From NCBI RefSeq assembly GCF_039654945.1, contig NW_027361788.1, forward strand, positions 9,982,001 to 10,046,000: 64,000 bases of DNA, written 5' to 3'. Made by a program: the position numbers and the translations under genes. Positions 1-11,936 of the stretch are shown here, piece after piece. Below the pieces are notes generated by a model. That model worked only from the letters and a program-made list of their open reading frames with translations, did no database searches and had not been told where the DNA came from. Numbering within the stretch: the first letter of the stretch is position 1; each line of letters begins with the position of its first letter. The DNA is from Dendrobates tinctorius (taxonomy: Eukaryota).

Positions 1-960
1 AGAGTTGGGGAACATTGCCTGAGCAGAAGGAATCAACTATTTTTCCAGGATAACCTTGTATGCGGATTGATTCATACATCCTTTGCAAAGATTAACCTGC
101 CCAATTCCAGCCTTGCTGAAGCATCCCCAGATCATCACTGATCCCCCACCAAATTTCACAGTGGGTGCAAGACACTCCAAGTCTATGTCTAAACATTAGA
201 CGACCAGGTGTTGGGCAAAGCTGAAAATTAGACTCAGAGAAGATTAACTTTCTCCAAACCTCTATTGTCCAATCCTTATGGTCTTCAGCAAACTTCAGCC
301 TGGCTCTCCTTTGCTTCTCATTGATGAAAGGCTTTTTTCTACCTTTACATGACTTGAGCCCTGCCTCTAGGAGCCTGTTACAAACTGTTCTTGCCATGCA
401 CTTCACCCCAGCTGCCATTTGCCATTCCTTTTGTAGGTCACTTGATCTTATCCTGCGGTTGCTGAGTGATATTCGAATAAGATGACGGTCACCTCAGTCA
501 GTGGAGAATCATTTTTGCCCTCTGCCCGTCTGTAGCTTTGTTGTCCCCAATGTCTGCTGCTTGACCTTGCTGTAATGGACTATCATCTTAGAAATTTTAA
601 GGATGGCTGCAACATGACGCTCACTGTATCCCTCTGCTAGTAAAGCCAGAATTGAGCCCTTCTTTTCCTCATTCAAGACTTTTCTTTTCAATTCCTTTGG
701 CACGGTTAAGTTATTTTTTCATTCCTATTACTTTTGGGATATTACTAGCAATTGTTTTGCCATCCAGCTTGTCCTATTGCATGAGGATTGTGAACACCAC
801 AGCAGGGTTTTTATACTTTCCTTCGTTAAATAAGATTTGGTTCAAGTGATCACCTAATCAGAAGCACATTAAGTAGAATGAGGTGTACTCTGGTTGAAAT
901 GCAACTGACACTGGAATGGAATGGCTGTCAGACATGTAGAGAAGCTGATTTTTATAAAAC
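1..960 (-). mobile_element. Degenerate Tc1-family transposon, 5' part (cut by window edge)
   Basis: Frameshifted ORFs 509..703 (HTH, ...GYSERHVAAILKISK) and 92..418 (RKKPFINEKQRRARLKFAEDHKDWT..W..LIFSES) match the Tc1 transposase N-terminus. Right boundary is approximate. Confidence 0.85.
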
Positions 961-1633
961 TGTGCGTGTGTGTGTAGTATACAATATAAATTGCGGTCTT
1001 TGAAGTTCAGCATGTGTCTGACCTTCAGAGGAGTATGAACATGGTGGCAACAGGGGGCCTTCAGATCCTCCACAATTATATTGCTAGGGGCAGTGAGCGC
1101 ATGCACTGGCGATCAAACTATTGAAATCCCACTGTCCGTGATTGACAGAGGCATGTAAATGGTTAAGCAGCGATATGCTGCTGTTACGGGCAGATGGCGG
1201 GTATGCATTACAGCCGGCATCTGCTGTGTATGGAGCGGGCACAACTCCTGAATACGCCCAATACTCGCGTACTCTGTACAGGTACGGCAGGGTGTGTGAT
1301 TGGATTAATAAGTACGCTAAATAAGGAAATATGGTTGGTAACGACTACAAAAGTCAAACAAAATCTCGTTTCATGGTTATAATCAGGTCGGATTTTAGCT
1401 TCCTGGTCTCCTGGGTCTCTGTATTTGCCACTGCAGATGTGACCGTTGCAGTCCCTGGTTGTAGGGGGTCGCCACTAGGGCTGGAGATTTGAGTGTTGGG
1501 AGGTTATCACTCCAGCACGAGTTACGGAGACCACAGACAATCACAACCTATTATTTTAACTTTTCCCAAAACACACAAAAAAAAAATTCCAAAGCTTCCA
1601 ATCCCCGAAAATTCTAACAGCACAACAATTTAC

Positions 1634-1843
1634 CTCATTGGTGACTTTTGCTCCGAACAGCCAACCTGCCCCTCTGGGGCTGATAGCCCAAGTGTCCACA
1701 TCCTCAGGATCTGACCATACCAGGTCGCAGAAGGCTCCTTTGTGAGGGATTTCTTGATTCCGTTCTATAGTCCGGATCTGATCCAAGGTCTTTATGTCTG
1801 GGGACAACCCACCATGTACGCAAAGGATCTGTTCATCTATCAA
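1634..1843 (-). CDS. ppp6c: Protein phosphatase 6 catalytic subunit, coding exon 6 (210 nt)
   Basis: Encodes [73 protein letters not shown] acceptor, GTAAAT donor. The final exon is not in the window. Confidence 0.97.
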
Positions 1844-2099
1844 CTAGAAACAAAAGAAAAAACAATGCAGTAACCTAATAATCAAAATATCACTTGCGCC
1901 ACCACAGATGTATTCCCTCATTGGTCCAGGCCAGTATTCAAAATCGGGACTAGAGTTTTACACGCTCCACCATGGATCAGCTAGAGGTTGTTGGGAGACT
2001 TTCAATCAAAAGTGTATATATAAAAAAATAGCTTTTATAAAATGGGGAAAAATGAAGTGTATAAAAAATTTGTTTAAATAAAACAAAGGGGGTACTTAC

Positions 2100-2179
2100 G
2101 GCTGCTACGGTCAGCATATCGAACACCTTGGTACAGTACCGCCATGCATTGGCATTACCATATTTTGTTTGGCACTCAT
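2100..2179 (-). CDS. ppp6c: PPP6C coding exon 5 (80 nt)
   Basis: Encodes (D)[29 protein letters not shown] acceptor, GTAAGT donor. Phase matches exon 4. Confidence 0.97.
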
Positions 2180-3196
2180 CTGGCAGAAAAAAAAAATACA
2201 AAAAACACAAAACACATGTATTACCAATTACAACCACACATAAAATGATCTGTTGGTTAGCAAACTGTGGCTCTCTACGTGTTATGATGCCACAATCATA
2301 GCAAGTCCTGGATCAAGGACTATGGAAACTTTGCAAAGGCTAAATAGCCAGAAAACAATTTCAACATTGCAGGCCATTTGCACGGCCCCGTCCATCAGCC
2401 ACAGCATCCACCTGTGGCCACCTGACAAGAGCCTGAAGTACCACCTCTTACTTGACAGCATCCCTTTCTCCTCTTTTGATTAGCTGACCTGACACAACAA
2501 CATCGTTGCAGAGTAAACCACGTGACGTCACACCAGACCGACTAACCAAAAGAAGAGCCAATGATACTAGGAGGTATGAGGTGGTTATTGGGGCAAAGAT
2601 CAGTGACAAGGCTGACACACTGGGTCCTGTGAATCTGTTTGCACAACATCTACTCATGTACACCGGTTTTAGTTGATGCATTATGGATTGTCTGCCAGCT
2701 TGTTTCCCAGCTGTTCTAGTTCCCCTGCTGCAGACTACATTTACCAAGATGCCTCTGGCTTAGCAGAAAGAGCAGAATTTCATCACATTTCCCTGGTCTG
2801 TGAAAAGATAGCTAATAATAGATAAGAAACATGGGCGCAGGTTTAATTAGATTGGTAGTGCCTTTGTGATATGTACTTTCAAAGATATAGAGCTTGACTA
2901 TGCTTCTGTTCACCTGTTTAATAATTCACTATCTAAGCAATAACTCAGACCTGTGAAACTAAATTGTATTAACAATTTAATGTGCGAATTGCTATTTTCC
3001 CATAATTATTTTGACAAAATACACTTGTATTATTTTGGTGTATGTATATGTGCACATGTTGTTTCTCTTTTTTTTCTTGGTTAATAAACGAATAAAAATA
3101 AAAAAACAAACAAACATGGTCGCAGGCTGCCTCCTGTTCGAGATGGGTTTCTCCCTGATAACATTTACAAGCAGAAGGCATAGAATACAGGTTTAA

Positions 3197-3840
3197 AGGG
3201 TTTGTCTCAAATTCATAAATGGGTAAAATTGCACTGTTATTATAAGAACAAGCAATTTTGCCATTTAATTCCTCTCTTTTCCACAAGAACAGAGGGATTT
3301 TTAATTTCATAGTGTACAGTTCATTGCATAGGTTACCCGCTACCCTGCAGTCCAAGCCTAAGCTCTTACTCATCCTCTCCACTGCTGCTTCAGTCTTGCT
3401 GGTGGCCTGCAGTGGAATGAGAGCGCTGCAGCTATTCACCAAGGTCAGCGGCACAACTGAGGTAGAGGATGTGTGCCTCTAAGCTCAGTGCTTTGCTTCA
3501 GCACTGTAGATGCAATTCCACTGACACGGCCAGTCAAAGAAATGGGGACAGTGTGAGTAAAAAGCTCAATTTTGTGCCTTTTTTTTTTAAAATTTTTCCT
3601 TGATCTTTGAGCCTATTGGTGCAGTAAGATGACCATATAAATCAGATCAAGATCAGAATGCAGTGCATGGACTGGCCGGCAGCCCTCCTGGCTCGAGTGC
3701 GACAGCTGCATAAAAATAAAGGAAGTCGTCACGCTCGGGTCGGGAGAGCCACCCGTCAGTCCGTTCTGATCTCATTCTGACTTATATGGCCAACTGACTG
3801 CACCATTTGGGGCAATAATCTTTGAAAAGGGACAACCCTT
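3197..3840. mobile_element. TTAA-flanked Kolobok/T2-like MITE
   Basis: ttaa|agggtttgtc ... gacaaccctt|ttaa; imperfect terminal inverted repeats. Confidence 0.55.
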
Positions 3841-3939
3841 TTAAATGTTTATATTTGGGAAGCTTAAAACATTTTCTAGATTTAAAGGAAAAGCGTAAAT
3901 TCCCCCCTCAACCGGATCTACCTCCAACTCATGGCTTAC

Positions 3940-4081
3940 CATAGAATCCATATACTTGTGTGATTTGCCGACTTTCGTGATTCCCTCGCAGCAGTGTAAT
4001 GCGGTCGGGCCACTTGGCTTTCAGTGCAAGAAGGTAGGTGAAGGTTTCCAGGCTGTAATACCCTCTGTCTACAAAGTCTCC
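3940..4081 (-). CDS. ppp6c: PPP6C coding exon 4 (142 nt)
   Basis: Encodes [47 protein letters not shown], including PPP motifs GDxVDRG and GNHE. CAG acceptor, GTAAGC donor. Confidence 0.97.
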
Positions 4082-4825
4082 CTGAGAATGCACCAAGGTT
4101 TGTAGTTAGCTGCAAATTGCACATGAAACTTCAGATACAGTATATAGCGTGGTGTGGATACAAGATGGTGGAAAACAGGCTCATCACAAACTTGTTGCTT
4201 CGACCAAACAAAAAAACTAGTTGAACCTTCATAAGTTATCAAGCTTAAGGGGAAGGTGCCATCCAAAAAATATCATTTGTTTTTAATTGCATATGAAAAA
4301 TAATTTTTAAAAATGTGATATTTTCCACTTTCAAAATACTAGGGGGAGCGGCTGCTGAAATTCGCCATGAAAAGCTAGTGTACAACTAGCTCGCATTACG
4401 AGTGCAGTAAATGTGGGCGGGGTCTGTGTGTGACATCACTCCTCTCCTCCCCTTCTGGCTGGTTGCACAAGGATAAGGGAGGATGAAGTTTAGGTTTACA
4501 ATGTGGAGCCATTTTATGGGCGGCTGCAAAATTATACCGAGATGTGGACAGTGTCACCGAGGACAACCGGCAGTTCAGAATCTGTTATATAACCCCGTTC
4601 CACCCACTTCTGTAGCAGCAGTGGTGTAATGAGTAGAGTTGAGCGATACCGTCCGATACTTCAAAGTATCGTATCGGATGGTATCGGCCGATCTTTAAAA
4701 AAAGTATCGGTATCGCCGATTCCGATACCGGAAGTCCCATTCAAGTCTATGGGACTTCCGGTATCGGAATAAGAAAAACCCTTTCCTGCCCTTGTACAGC
4801 CTCTCTGGGGTCTGTACGGGCCTTT

Positions 4826-5440
4826 CGGGGGGGCTGTGCCGGCCTGCCAGGGGGTCTGTGCAGGCTCCGGGGGGCTGTGCCGGCCTGCCGGGGGGCTGTG
4901 CCGGCCTGCCGGGGGGCTGTGCCGGCCTGCCGGGGGGCTGTGCCGGCCTGCCGGGGGGCTGTGCCGGCCTGCCGGGGGGCTGTGCCGGCCTGCCGGGGGG
5001 CTGTGCCGGCCTGCCGGGGGGCTGTGCCGGCCTGCCGGGGGGCTGTGCCGGCCTGCCGGGGGGCTGTGCCGGCCTGCCGGGGGGCTGTGCCGGCCTGCCG
5101 GTGGTCTGTGCAGGCTCCGGGGGGCTGTGCCGGCCTGCCGGGGGGCTGTGCCGGCCTGCCGAGGGGCTGTGCAGGCTCCGGGGGGCTGTGCCGGCCTGCC
5201 GGGGGGCTGTGCCGGCCTGCCGGGGGGCTGTGCCGGCCTGCCGGGGGGCTGTGCCGGCCTGCCGGTGGTCTGTGCAGGCTCCGGGGGGCTGTGCCGGCCT
5301 GCCGGGGGGCTGTGCCGGCCTGCCGAGGGGCTGTGCAGGCTCCGGGGGGCTGTGCCGGCCTGCCGGGGGGCTGTGCCGGCCTGCCGGGGGGCTGTGCCGG
5401 CCTGCCGGGGGGCTGTGCAGGCTCCGGGGGTCTGTGCAGG
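4826..5440. repeat. GC-rich 21-bp minisatellite (ggggggctgtgccggcctgcc) in the left hAT arm; shorter inverted counterpart at about 7980-8160
   Basis: Visible tandem array; ORF translations show a 7-aa period. Confidence 0.95.
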
Positions 5441-5576
5441 CATCGTCCGATGGGACTACAAGTCCCATCGGGCGATGCCTGCTACCATGACAGTGATTGA
5501 CACATTAGCCAATGATGGGACAGTAGTAGTCCCATCATCCGGCTAATGTGTTAAATGTAAAAAAAAAAAAAAAAAT

Positions 5577-6300
5577 TACATGCTACATACATACAACATG
5601 CATACTACATACATGCTACATTCATACTACATACTACATACATACTACATTCATACTACATGCAACATACATACTACATGCATGCTACATACATACTGCA
5701 TGCTACATACATACTACATACATACTACATGCATGCTACATGCATGCTACATACATAACACATATATACTACATGCATGCTACATACATACTACATGCTA
5801 CATACTACATGCTACATATATACTACATGCATGCTACATACTACATGCTACATACATACTACATATATACTACATGCATGCTACATACATACTGCATGCT
5901 ACATGCATGCTACATACATACTACATACATACTACATACATACTACATGCATGCTACATACATACCACATACATAACACATATATACTACATGCATGCTA
6001 CATACATACTACATGCTACATACATACCATATACATACTACATGCATGCTACATACATACTACATGCATGCTACATACATACTACATGCTACATACATAC
6101 TACATATATACTACATGCTACATACATACTACATATATACTACATGCATGCTACATACATACTACATGCATGCTACATACATACTACATGCTACATACAT
6201 ACCACATACTACATACATACCACATACATACTACATATATACTACATACATACCATATATATACTACATACATACAATACATTCATACAATACATACATA
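5577..6300. repeat. Compound microsatellite (tacatgcatgc / tacatacatac), left arm
   Basis: Low-complexity array built from 7-11-bp variants. Confidence 0.95.
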
Positions 6301-6929
6301 GACATACAGTACATATAACATAGAGTAACATACTTACCAATACTTGTCACATTGTTCCCCGAAGCCATTGTCTTTTCCGGAATAAATATTAACATAACAA
6401 ACCACAAAAATACTCACCCACGATCCGAAGCAGTCCACGAGTGTGTCCCACGACGATCTTGGGTAGAGAACTGCAGCATCAGATGATGCTGCCGTTCTCT
6501 ACGGGCTGCAGGAATCCAATGACGGAAGGTAGGTATCCTTCCGCACTGTATTCCTCCGCCACTTAAAAAAAAAAAAAAGTCCCTAGTCTCACTTTATGCC
6601 ATTGCTGTGTGGGAAATTCCCACGCAGCAATGGCATAAAGTGAGACTAGGGACTTTTTTTTTTTTTTTTAAGTGGCGGAGGAATACAGTGCGGAAGGATA
6701 CCTACCTTCCGTCATTGGATTCCTGCAGCCCGTAGAGAACGGCAGCATCATCTGATGCTGCAGTTCTCTACCCAAGATCGTCGTGGGACACACTCGTGGA
6801 CTGCTTCGGATCGTGGGTGAGTATTTTTGTGGTTTGTTATGTTAATATTTATTCCGGAAAAGACAATGGCTTCGGGGAACAATGTGACAAGTATTGGTAA
6901 GTATGTTACTCTATGTTATATGTACTGTA

Positions 6930-7837
6930 TGTCTATGTATGTATTGTATGAATGTATTGTATGTATGTAGTATATATGTGGTATGTATGTAGCATGTAGT
7001 ATGTATGTAGTATGTATGTAGCATGCATGTAGCATGTAGTATGTATGTAGCATGCATGTAGTATATATGTAGTATGTATGTAGCATGCATGTAGTATATA
7101 TGTAGCATGTATGTAGTATGTATGTGGTATGTATGTAGCATGTAGTATGTATGTAGCATGCATGTAGTATATATGTAGTATGTATGTAGCATGTAGTATG
7201 TATGTAGTATGTAGCATGTAGTATGTATGTAGCATGCATGTAGTATATATGTAGTATGTATGTAGCATGTAGTATGTATGTAGTATGTATGTGGTATGTA
7301 TGTGGCATGTAGTATGTATGTAGCATGCATGTAGTATATATGTAGTATGTAGTATGTATGTAGTATGTATGTGGTATGTATGTGGCATGTAGTATGTATG
7401 TAGCATGCATGTAGCATGCATGTAGTATGCATGTAGCATGCATGTAGCATGCATGTAGTATGTATGTAGTATGTATGTAGTATGTATGTAGCATGCAGTA
7501 TGTATGTAGCATGTATGTAGCATGTATGTAGTATGTATGTAGTATATATGTAGTATGTATGTAGCATGTAGTATGTATGTAGCATGCATGTAGTATATAT
7601 GTAGTATGTATGTAGCATGCATGTAGTATGTATGTAGCATGCATGTAGTATGTATGTAGTATGTATGTAGTATGTATGTAGCATGTATGTAGCATGTATG
7701 TAGTATGTATGTAGCATGCATGTAGCATGTATGTAGCATGCATGTAGTATGTATGTAGCATGTATGTAGTATGTATGTAGTATATATGTAGTATGTATGT
7801 AGCATGTATGTAGCATGCATGTAGTATGTATGTAGTA
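6930..7837. repeat. Reverse-complement compound microsatellite (gtatgtatgta / gcatgcatgta), right arm
   Basis: Mirror of 5577-6300 but with different length and unit order. Confidence 0.95.
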
Positions 7838-9331
7838 TTTTTTTTTTTTTTTTTTTTACATTTAACACATTAGCCGGATGATGGGACTACTACTGTCCCA
7901 TCATTGGCTAATGTGTCAATCACTGTCATGGTAGCAGGCATCGCCCGATGGGACTTGTAGTCCCATCGGACGATGCTTGCACAGACCCCCGGACATCAGC
8001 ACAGCCCCCCGGCAGGCCGGCACAGCCCCCCGGCAGGCCGGTACAGACCCCCACAGGGTGCACAGACCACCGGCAGGCCGGCACAGCCCCCCGGCAGGCC
8101 GGTACAGACCCCGGGCAGTCCACACAGCCCCCCGGCAGGCCGGCAGAGACCCCCGGAAGGCCCGAAATGACGGCGCATCATGATGCGCACACACCGCGCA
8201 TCATGATGACGTCAGGCCGTCAATCAACTGAACTTCCGATTCCGATGCCGAATTCCGATATTGAAAAAATATCGGAAGTCGGTATCGGAATTCCGATACA
8301 GCAAGTATCGGCCGATACCCGATACTTGCGGTATCGGAATGCTCAACACTAGTAATGAGTGATACACGCCTGTGGGGGTATTACGTATGATGGCATTAGA
8401 TACACGTCTGGGATGTATCACACATGATGGCATTAGATACATGGTCAATTATCTCAATGTAAGCCTCCTGCATAGTCAGTGATCAGAGCACAGGAGCGAG
8501 ATGATTACTCCACTGCTCTCTCAACATTGCGGCGGTCAGCAAGCTGACCTTCGTATCCAGGCATCTCATGTCACCGCTAGCACTGAGCACGTGAGCGGTG
8601 ACAAGGGAAAACTGGAGTTCAGAGCACAGCTGTGGGCTACAACAAAATGACGCTGTTCTCTTACACAGCTATGGTGTGGATAGCCCAGGTCACAGCTAAA
8701 GGCAAGCCACAATGCATGAGATCGGACACAGACAGTAGCCTTCTATGTACAGGGGCTGCCATATTTGAAGTGTGTGTTGTGTTCAGACATTCACACCAGC
8801 AAATGGCAGCCCACTCTGGATGAAGAAAAAAAAAAAAAAAAAAGAAAAAGAAATAAACAGTTTAACCAGTGCATTTAACTTTGTATTAAAAGTAATCAAT
8901 TACAAAAATAAAAAAAATTGCGGCATCTTCCTTTTTAAGGGAATGATTATAAGGAGTTTATTTTTTAACATGTATTTTTATGGGAGCTGGGGGAGATTGA
9001 AAAATAAAAACACCACGTGCATTATAAGTGTATTTTCCATTGGAATTAATAGCAAACTTATTCAATGAGTGTGTGTGTCCGTTTTAATGCAAATTTTGAA
9101 GAAGCCGCTGAAAAGATTCACAAAAACCTCAGTGTAACATAGCTTTACAAGTCAAAAAGGGAAATCTAAAAAGCAAGCTGGTAAATGAAAAGCTTTTAAA
9201 TATTGTAATCGTCATGAATAATTTTAGATTCCCATTGATAGTATATTTAACTTCTTCAATCTGTCACTACAGTCATTGTCTTTTTTATGTGCATAACCAA
9301 TGCATGTAGCACATGATTAGCCACTGTTTAA

Positions 9332-11853
9332 AGAAGCAATCCTCCTCCCATCAAAGCGTTTATCCTCTTAAAGGGAAGGTGCCACCAGTTTTCTTGTAGT
9401 TTGCTTTGTCGCGAAACTAAGCATGAAATAGTAGTTAAATTGTATTAATGCAATGTTTGCAATCATTTCTAGAAGAAAAATATTATATTTTCTTTACAAA
9501 TACATATAATTACCACTAGGGGGAGCATTTTCCATTTTAGACCTCAAGCATCTATAGTAAGATTTACCAGCCTTAGAGTTAGCTGGAAAATTGGGGCAGT
9601 AACTGCTGACATCCCCATTTCCCTCCCCTTTTGGGTGTTCTAGTACTCCTGGGGCAGAATAAAGCGCAGCGCCATTTTGTGGGTGACTGCCCTGTGATCT
9701 ATTGTCACCAGCAGTTACTGCGTGGGACAGCACAGCTTGTTTAGAGGAGCAGAAGATAGTGGACTCGGCAGCATTGTGGAAAGGAGGAAGAGTGAAGACA
9801 TCTGGTGTGTATGGAGCAGCATTATGAAACAGGGCTGTCAGAAGGAGCTATGATTCATCCCTCAGTAAGATAAGGAGCTGCAGTGAATGGCCACATTGTG
9901 AAAGGGGGTGAGATACATCTTGTCTGGCTGAGAGAGACATGGAGACTGAAGGGAGAGAGGGGGAGAGAGGGAGACCATCTGTGGTATGCCGAGGGCTCCA
10001 TGAAAATGGCAGCAGAACACTCCCACTACTGTGAATTGTGCAACCCACAGAGGCGTGCCCAGTTCACAGCAGTGACAGCTCCATTATAACAGATAGGAGA
10101 TAACAGACTGGTCACCCTATGACCATGGGGTGCCGTACTATGACACTGAAAGTGTTGTGCTGCTACTGTGGAAGAGGTCAGCCCCCAGTGCCTTCTTTAA
10201 CGCCTTAACCCCAGATCTTTTTTCGGTTTTGCGTTTTCGTTTCTCACTCCCCTTCTTTCCAGAGCCATAATTTTTTTTTTACTTTTCCGTCAATATGGCC
10301 ATGTGAGGGCTTACTTTTTGCGGGACGAGTTGTACTTTTGAATATCATTGGTTTTAGCTTGTCGTGTACTCTAAAACGGGAAAAAAAATTCCAAGTGCGG
10401 TGAAACTGCTAAAAAAAAGTACAATCCCATACTTGCTTTTTGTGTGGCTTTTTTTGCTAGGTTCACTAAATGCTAAAACTGACCTGCCATTATGATTCTC
10501 CAGGTCATTACAAGTTCATAGACACCAAATAGGTCTAGGTTTTTTTTTATCTAAGTGGTGAAAAATAAATAAAAAGTTGCACCATTTTCCGAGACCCGTA
10601 GCGTCTCCATTTTTCGTGCTCTCGCGTTGGCTGAGGGCTTATTTTTTGCATGCCGAGCTGATCTTTTTAATGATACCATTTTGGTGCAGACACATTCTTT
10701 TGATCACCCGTTATTGCATTTAAATGCAATATCGAGGCGACAAAAAAAACAAACAAAAAAAACGGGCGATTCTGAACGCAGTGTTACCCAATATGTGAAT
10801 GTGATTGTTTTTTATTTTTATATTTTGAATGGGGCGAAAAGAGGATGATTTAAACATTTTTTTTCCATATTTTTAAAAACATTTTTGTTTAACTTTTGGC
10901 ATGCTCAATAGCCTCCATAGGAGGCTAGAAGCTGCCATAGCTTGATCGCCTCTGCTACATACAGGCGATGCTCAGGTCGCCTGTATGTAGTAGAATTACT
11001 GCATTGCTATGAACTCTGACCACAGGGTAGCACTCATAGCAATCCGGCATCAACAACCATAGAGGTCTCAATCACGTGACGGGGAACAGCGGTGCGCGTA
11101 TTTCCAGCCTGATGGCTGGAAGAGCATGTTAAATGCCGCTCTCAGCGTTTGACAGCGGCATTTAATTAGATAATGGATCGCAAATCCACCCGTGCCTATT
11201 GCGCGCACATGTCAGCTGTTCAAAACAGCTGATATGTCCCGGCTTTGATGCGGGCTCACCACCTGTGCCCTCATCAAAGCAGGGGTACTGCATTGGACGT
11301 ACTATTTCGTCCAATGGCAGTAGGGGTTAAACTCCTATAACACACAAAATATATTTCAAATGCAATCAAAACTTGGTTATAACAGCATGATATGCCACAT
11401 TACTTTAAGATCTACAAACGCGGTACCTTCCCTGAAATATATTGCAGTCATCATATTATATAGCACTGTGAATTTACAATTGCTCATTTTGCCTTTCTAC
11501 CCAGTTACTTCTTCACTTTTTATCTGCTCTGTGTAGGAACAGGAAGTCTCTTGTCCCTGCATTTATCATCCCCCTCTTCAATTCCTGACCTCGGTGCTCC
11601 CTCCTCCCCGTCAAGTCCCCTGCCAAGGACTTTTGCAGTGATGAGTCACACAAAGAAAATTGACCACCTGTTTCTACATAGAGCTTAGAAGGATTCAGCT
11701 CGTCAGTTATTAATCACATGATATCATAGACCTAATGGAAAAGAGGAGAATTATTTGGGTAGAAAGGCAAAATGAGCAATTGTAAGTACACAGTGCTATA
11801 TAATATGATGATTGCAATATATTAACACGTAAAAACGTTGATGGTAGTGCACT
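9332..11853. mobile_element. Nest of three TTAA-targeting MITEs (A 9332-~11853 > B 9372-11433 > piggyBac-like C 10209-11326)
   Basis: A: ...tcccatcaaagcgttt pairs with aaaacgttgatggtag, and its body resumes at 11434. B: agggaaggtgcc / ggtaccttccct. C: ttaa|cccc ... gggg|ttaa. Confidence 0.6.
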
Positions 11854-11936
11854 TACGCAGGAGTGCAAAGGGGGACACAGTGGTGATGTTGGACCTTAGG
11901 TTATATGGGAAAAACCTGGTGACAGGTTCCCATTAA

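Larger units (their letters stand above)
4634..8351. mobile_element. Non-autonomous hAT element with whole-length foldback structure
   Basis: Termini TAGAGTTGAGC / GCTCAACACTA. 8-bp TSD GTAATGAG at 4626-4633 and 8352-8359. Symmetry axis near 6616. Confidence 0.9.
4249..8934. mobile_element. TTAA-flanked Kolobok/T2-like MITE interrupted by the foldback hAT
   Basis: ttaa|ggggaaggtgcc ... cggcatcttcctt..|ttaa. Shares ends and the internal actagggggagc motif with the element at 9372. Confidence 0.55.

Noticed and set aside
4661-5546. 200-260-aa Pro/Gly/Arg/Cys-rich ORFs on both strands
   Set aside because: They are translations of a stop-free 21-bp minisatellite inside a transposon.
5548-7868. 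His/Tyr/Thr-rich ORFs in all frames
   Set aside because: Microsatellite translations with no splice or homology support.
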